From the human T2T-CHM13v2.0 reference genome, Homo sapiens, in the NCBI RefSeq assembly GCF_009914755.1, contig NC_060941.1: DNA of 64,000 nucleotides. One strand, written 5' to 3'. How positions within the stretch are numbered: position 1 is the stretch's first letter; every line of letters starts with the position of its first letter. The position numbers were made by a program, and so were the translations under genes. The notes under the pieces are model-generated. The model searched no databases. It saw only the letters and a list, made by a program, of their open reading frames with translations, and was not told the DNA's origin. Positions 50,672 to 64,000 of this stretch are shown here, one piece after another.

Positions 50672-52083
50672 CTGCGTGCAGGAGAGACGGCAGCAGCAGG
50701 GCAGTGAGGCCAGTCACGGCCACGCTCTGCCCATGCTGGCACTGCCCCTAGCCTGTGTGCCTCTCCCCTGTCGTGCCCTGGGCAGTTGCTGCATCCTCAG
50801 TGCCTCCCAGAGCATGTGCCATCATGGGCATCTATCCAGTAAACGGTGAGTAGAGAGAGTTCTCCGAGAACACAGTGTCAACACTGAACCAAGCCCTTGC
50901 CAGAAGAAGGCCTCTGGAGCTTTCTCCAGCCAGCCCACCAGCTCAGCATGAGAACATCTCTTCTTTAGCTAAATCGTAAAGTGCTGCTGCCAGTTAGCCG
51001 GGCCATAAACACACAGAGGACCGTAATGACACACAGGCCCCGCCCCAGGCTCTGGGGCTGTGAGGGGTGGGCTTGCACACGCTCCTGCTCACATGCCATG
51101 GGGAACGGACATGCTCCATCCACCTAGCATGTAAATAACTCACGATACAGGAACTTGGCAGGTGCTGACACTGCTCCAGGGGCCTCTCCAAGGCTGGGCG
51201 GTGCAAACCCCTTCCAGGGCAAGTGCCTTGAAGGCTGCCCTGGTGTTCTCCTCTGCATCCCGCAGGCCCCATTCGTCACCCCAAATGAGAGTTCCCAGGT
51301 AGACAGCTGATCCAAGGGCAGCCGGTCCCTCAACTGGCCAAAGACCTGAGACATGTTGCTTGGCTCAAAAAGAGAGGCTGGGCCAACCTGGGCTCCTCTC
51401 TGGGGAGTGGGTGATGGAACAGAAAGGACTCTGCAGGGCTGGGGCAGCCACTGCAGAGCGCGAGGGAGAGCAAGGTGGATTGAGAGTGGAATGGGAGAGT
51501 GACGTGGGGGCTGAGAGGATGGGTAAGGAGAGGGACACAGGTACCCACAAAAGCAGATGCAGAGGGACAGGTGGGGTGGCCCACCCTGGCCTGCCCCCAT
51601 GGCCTGGAAGTTCCCTTTTCCTCCACGGCCTACAGCTGCACATCCCCAGGGCAGCATCCTCTTGCCTGGGCTCACAGAGATGCTGCCACTTACAACCAGA
51701 AGAGCCTGCCCGGAGGCAGGTACCTCCGAGGGCCCCGGATGCAGAAGGACTGGCCAGTTCTCTCTCGAAAAGAGGAAGAGGCCTCCTAGAAAAATGGGCA
51801 TTTCAGTGGAGTCTTAACACTAAGCCGCAGCTATCTGTGTAAAGAACAGCAGGAAAGAATAGGAGTGTGTTCAGAGAAAGGCAGGAGGCCAAGGTGGCTA
51901 AAGATGGGGCATGTGGAAGTGGGGCCTCCAAAAAAAGCCTGCAAAAGGAGGCTAGGCCAGCCCAACAGGAAGTGGATTGTCTCCTGAGTGTGGTCCTGGG
52001 ACAGCCAGACATGAGCTTGGACTGACAGGTGACTCTTAAACGCTCCCAGCTGCTCCTCAGGCAGGACTCCTGGCCCGGGGTCA

Positions 52084-55450
<3,367 letters not shown>

Positions 55451-55596
55451 GATAGGGAAAGATCGAATGGGAGGTAAACAGGTGTTGTAGGGGTTCCTTT
55501 CCCTTGCCACTTGTGGACTCAGAGCTGGCTTTGGATAAGGAATCTGGATCCTGGACACATTCGCCACCGCCCCCCCACCCCCTGCCCACACACCAC

Positions 55597-55600
<4 letters not shown>

Positions 55601-55644
<44 letters not shown>
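55601..55644. repeat. (CA)22 microsatellite
   Basis: Perfect CA dinucleotide run about 100 nt into the intron, past the donor at 55747. Confidence 0.95.
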
Positions 55645-55646
<2 letters not shown>

Positions 55647-55747
55647 ATGGGAGGGACCTAGTTTTTGATGAGAGGTGGGAGGGCAGGGCCAAGCCAGCTC
55701 TGAGAAGGGCCCTTGGTCCCTGGAGCTAAAGAGTGGGGAATCCTCAC

Positions 55748-55862
55748 CTGGTCCTGCAGGTAAAGGGAGGCTTCAGAGACAGAATTTTCCATGGCAGCCT
55801 TGCCCCTGTCTTGGCTCTCCCTCAACTCGGCCAGCTCCTTTTCTATGTCAGCCACGGTGACT
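55748..55862 (-). CDS. QRICH2: QRICH2 exon (115 nt)
   Basis: caccacag|A...CAG|[44 protein letters not shown]. Confidence 0.92.
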
Positions 55863-56355
55863 CTGTGGTGCACGATGAGAGACTGCCAGACTCCACACTC
55901 AGGCCAGACCCATGCAGAGCCTGGGCCATCAGGGACGCAGGGGGATGCAGACACAGCTGGAGGTCTCTCACCCTCCACCCCCCTCCAATGGATTTTGTCT
56001 AGGGAGTCCCGGGCTATGCCTCTGTCCTGGGAGGCTTCTGGGCGGTAGGACTGGGCACTGCAAAGAGAGAGCTCAGAGGGGCCGTCAGAAGTTGTCTCCT
56101 TCAGCCTCCGACTGGGGACACAGTCTAAGAAGCTTATTTTTGCATTTCCAAGACCTGGTCCTGAGTTGCTTTGGGAACCTGGGGAACTTCTACCAGTTCC
56201 TTGAACTAGACATGGACAATGTGAAGAGCAGACACAATCCAGGTCAAAGACAGTGGTCCATTCAGGGGCATAAGGGAGCCACTGGCCGCCATCACCTCCT
56301 TGGCTGAGAATTCGTGATGCCAGGGGACCAGCTGCTCTTAGCTGGGGCATTTTAC

Positions 56356-56453
56356 CTGAGGACACCCAGCTGCAATCTCAGCTCTCCAGCTTTCAGTTCC
56401 TTCCCTGCTTCTTGATTCCCTTCCCCTTCCAGGATCCTCTGCAGCCTTTCCAC
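56356..56453 (-). CDS. QRICH2: QRICH2 exon (98 nt)
   Basis: tttgtag|GTG...AG|GTAAAA. VERLQRILEGEGNQEAGKELKAGELRLQLGVL(R). Phase 0 to 2. Confidence 0.9.
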
Positions 56454-56655
56454 CTACAAACCCAGTGAATGAGGAGGGTCAGGCAGGCCTGAGCTCCCGC
56501 TTCCCAAGTGTGCCCTTGCATGCAGCTCATGCCAGCCCTCCCCGTTCCCTCTACTAACCCAACCCCCTCCGACAAAAGCCAGGAGCCCTTGTGGACATCC
56601 ATCCGCCCATTCATCCATCCCATGGATGTAGAAAGCTGGCATTAAGAGAATGACT

Positions 56656-59238
<2,583 letters not shown>

Positions 59239-59570
59239 TCAAAATGTTAAGTTTAATTCTTCAACATTCTCTCCCGCCCACCTCCCAATGCTACTGCTCT
59301 CTATAACCAGACACTTTCCCCCACTGCTGTGCAGAGAGCCTGACAAAGCCACAAGAACCCGCTCCACTCCTCTCCTGGGGCTTAGTTCTCTCCTTTGCCC
59401 ACCCATTTTTTTGGACTCTGAAGGCTGTGGGACATGCTCTGAATGACATGCTGTTTTCAGGGACTCAGGGAGATGTGTAGCAGCCAGGAGTTGAGGCCAG
59501 GGGAAGAAAAGGATGAAACCAACTGAAAACAGAGACAATGGTTTCTCCTCTATCGGCAAGCGGCACCCAC

Positions 59571-62500
59571 CCATCTGTGCCAGCAGGAACTGGATCTTCT
59601 CCAAGTCGGTTTGGCCGGCCTGCTCCTCATCCAGATCCTTCATACTCTCCTTTAGCCCCACATAGAGGCTACTGAGCTCTCCCATCAGATGAAATGTCTC
59701 CACTGCCGTGGGGAAACTAGAACTCATTCTACGCAGTGAATTGCGTCGCTCACTCAGGACTTCACTCGAGACTTCGCTCCCTTCTGATAAGACTCGGTCG
59801 ACGGAGTCTGGACTCCTGAAAAGAGTGACATCTTGGCCTGGGGCCTTCTGGGCAGGAATTCCATGTCGGTCCGAGGCTCGTGTTCTATTTGGATCCAAAC
59901 CTTCCTGGCCATGCTGATCAGCACTTAGATACCCTGGGCCACGATAACCAGGATACATTGAATCATGACTGTCAAAGAGAGAGAAAGCATGGCCATGCTG
60001 AGCTGCATCTGGGTATACCTGGTCATGCTCACCTGGGCCAGGTGATGCCACATGCTGTTGATCTGGGTGTGTAGATCCCAAACCTGTACTCAGTGGTATT
60101 GGGCTGTGCTGGTCTGTGCCAGGATGCATCAAACCTTGCTGATAAGTTTCTGGTGGTACCAAACTCCTTCGATCTATACCAGGTGATGCCAAACCTTGAC
60201 TGGCTAGGAGTGGTGACACCTGGCCGTATTGTTCTCTGCCAGGAGGTACCATACCATGTTGATATGGACGTACTGATATAAAACCTGTAGAATCTGCCTG
60301 GAATGTTGAAGAGCCACGAAGCTTTGTGCCTGGTGCTATCAAGCCTGGCTGATATGCACCAGGTTGTCTCAAACCATACTGATCCATTCCTGGCTGCACC
60401 AGACCACGTGGATATGTCCCAGATTGAGATAAATCATGCAAATATGCACCAGGTTGTACCAAACCAAGAGGATAGGCACCAGGTTGTACCAGGCCATGTG
60501 GATCTGCCTGAGGTTGCACCATACCTTGCTGACCTATTCCAGGCTGCACCATACCCAGCTGACCTGCACCAGGCTGGACCAAACCAGGCTGATCTGCACC
60601 AGGTTGGATCAAACCACGCTGGTCCATTCCAGGTTGGACCAAACCACGCTGATCCACTCCAGGTTGCACCAAACCACGCTGATCCACTCCAGGTTGGACC
60701 AAACCACGCTGATCTGCACCAGGTTGGACCAAACCATGCTGAACTGCACCAGGTTGGACCAAACCACGCTGAACTGCACCAGGTTGAACCAAACCACGCT
60801 GATCCACTCCAGGTTGGACCAAACCACGCTGAACTGCACCAGGTTGCACCAAACCACGCTGAACTGCACCAGGTTGCACCAAACCACGCTGAACTATACC
60901 AGGTTGCACCAAACTACGCTGAACTTCACCAGGTTGTGCCAAACCATGCTGATCCACTCCAGGTTGGACCAAACCATGCTGATCTGCACCAGGTTGGACC
61001 AAACCACGCTGATCTGCACCAGGTGGGACCAAACCACGCTGATGATCTGCACGAGGTTGTGCCAAACCACGCTGATCTACTCCAGGTTGGACCAAACCAT
61101 GCTGAACTGCACCAGGTTGAGCCAAATCACTCTGATCTGCACCAGATTGTACCAAACCATGCTGATCTGCACCAGGTTGCACCACATCAATCTGATCTGC
61201 ACCAGGTTGGACCAAGCCAGGCTGATATGCACCAGGCTGCACCAAAGCACGCTGAAATCTGCCAGGTTGGACCATGCCAGGCTGATCTACACCAGGCTGT
61301 ACCAAGACACCCTGACCTGTGCCAGATTGGACCAAATCATGCTGACCTGTGCCAGGCTGGATCAAACCATGCTGATCTCTACCAGGTTGGGCCAAACCAG
61401 ACTGATCCATTCCAGGCCAGACCAAACCACGCTGATCTGCACCAGGTTGGGCCAAACCAGACTGATCCATTCCAGGCCGGACCAAACCACGCTGATCTGC
61501 ACCAGGTTGGACCAAGCCAGGCTGATATGCACCACGCTGCACCAAAGCACGCTGAAATCTGCCAGACTGGATCAAATCATGCTGCTCTGTGCCAGGTTGT
61601 ATGAAGCCAGTTGCTTCCAAACTGGGCTGCACAAAACCTTGCTGATCTGCACTAATTGGCATCAAACCAGGTGATACCAAACCATGCTGGTCTGTAAAAG
61701 GTAGAACCAGGCCATGTTGATCGACGACAGGCAATGTCAATCCTTGCTGGTCTATACCAGGGGGTACTAGTCCTTGCTGACCCATGCCTGATATTACACA
61801 TCCACGCTGATCCATGCCAAGTGGTTCCATACTGCGTTGGTCTGTGCCAGGAAATGTCATACCATGCTGATATGCACTGACTGAAACCAGACCATGTTGG
61901 TCTGTGCTAGGTAGTTCCAATCCTTGCTGGTCTCTGCCAGGTACTGATGGTGGCAACATACGTTGCTCATCCACGACAAATGGTATCAATTCCCGATCAT
62001 CCATTTCAGGTGGTGGCACACCAAGCTGACCCATGCTGAGGGGTACCACACCATGTGGGTAAGTGCTAGCAGGCACTAATCCAGGCTGATTCATGCCAGT
62101 TGGTTCTAACCCACGACGATCTGGCCTTAGATGGACCTGACTCTGGCTAGCGGGCACACTACTGGGCTGGTCTCTGGCCAAGGGTAAGTCCTGTTGAACT
62201 GGACCAGGACGTGCATTTCTTCTTGGTTGTGTCGAGGTAAGCTTCTCTCTACTCCTGTGACGATCTGAGTCTGATTTGAATTGGAATGTAGAAGACTGAT
62301 GGAGTCGTGGCACGCCAGCTTCATCACGGGCCCTCGGCTGCTGCTGTCTCCCAGTACCAGAGGGGACCTTGCTTTGTTCCCTACTGGAAACCCCATCAGA
62401 GGGGTGTGCTGTGCCACCAGATCCTGATGCAGTCCGATCCGGGCCAAGACCACTGGCAGAATCCAGAGCCTGCTCAATACTTGGTTGCTTGGTAGAGTCT

Positions 62501-62577
62501 CCGCTTAGAGTCCCTTCAGGTGATGTTAAGGAAGTGAACCCTCCGTGCTTAGAAAATCCCATAAGTGTTTCTGAGCC
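59571..62577 (-). CDS. QRICH2: QRICH2 giant Gln-rich repeat exon (first QRICH2 exon in the window; upstream exons lie beyond the right edge)
   Basis: Acceptor ttccttcttcctctccaaccag|GGC. 3007 nt open frame (GSETLMG...LEKIQFLLAQM+G) inside the 1121-aa ORF. Donor G|GTGGGT. Confidence 0.93.
60310..61900 (-). repeat. QRICH2: 30-bp coding minisatellite (10-aa unit GLVQPG[A/V/M]DQ[R/H]), about 50 units with degenerate flanks
   Basis: Plus-strand unit accaggttggaccaaaccacgctgatctgc repeats in register. Most homogeneous over 60570-61140. Confidence 0.95.
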
Positions 62578-62737
62578 CTGGTTGGAGAGGAAGAAGGAAA
62601 TCAATAACAGTCAAAATATTCACTATCAGAGTGGGAAGAAAGGAAATCTGGAAGTTCTGACTAGGATGATTTAGGGCCCCTGGAGAAAAAAGCCCTCTGG
62701 TCCTAAAAGCTAAGCTTGACATAAAGAAACACACTGA

Positions 62738-64000
<1,263 letters not shown>

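Noticed and set aside
59239-59570. Extension of the 1121-aa ORF past the QRICH2 giant exon donor
   Set aside because: A good GTGGGT donor with a phase-matched next exon explains the boundary. The tail reads as intronic and has no supporting features.

Overview
Human (primate) genomic DNA, very rich in Alu repeats. Gene content and order identify it as the 17q25.1 region. It holds three genes. (1) The 5' end of RNF157 on the minus strand: CpG island, coding exon 1 at 8708-8795 and about 8.7 kb of intron 1. (2) The complete three-exon UBALD2 (FAM100B) on the plus strand, 164 aa. (3) The 3' 16 coding exons of QRICH2 on the minus strand, including a 3007-nt exon with a 30-bp coding minisatellite. 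I checked every exon by hand for GT-AG boundaries and frame continuity. The 25-kb RNF157-UBALD2 spacer is mostly repeats and contains an intact solo LTR12C (ERV9) inserted into an Alu and pointing towards RNF157. The most notable observations are: the RNF157-UBALD2-QRICH2 block appears to mirror the MGRN1-UBALD1-C16orf96 block on 16p13.3; RNF157 has a strong-context uORF; QRICH2 has tandem acceptors that give two C-termini; the QRICH2 repeat has higher-order structure; CxxC motifs interrupt the QRICH2 coiled coil; and the UBALD2 promoter has five CCAAT boxes plus CHR-like motifs. Gene and repeat names come from recognition, not database searches, and repeat boundaries are approximate unless a TSD is cited. 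Almost all other ORFs in the track are Alu or GC-richness artefacts. I found no prokaryote-style novel system.
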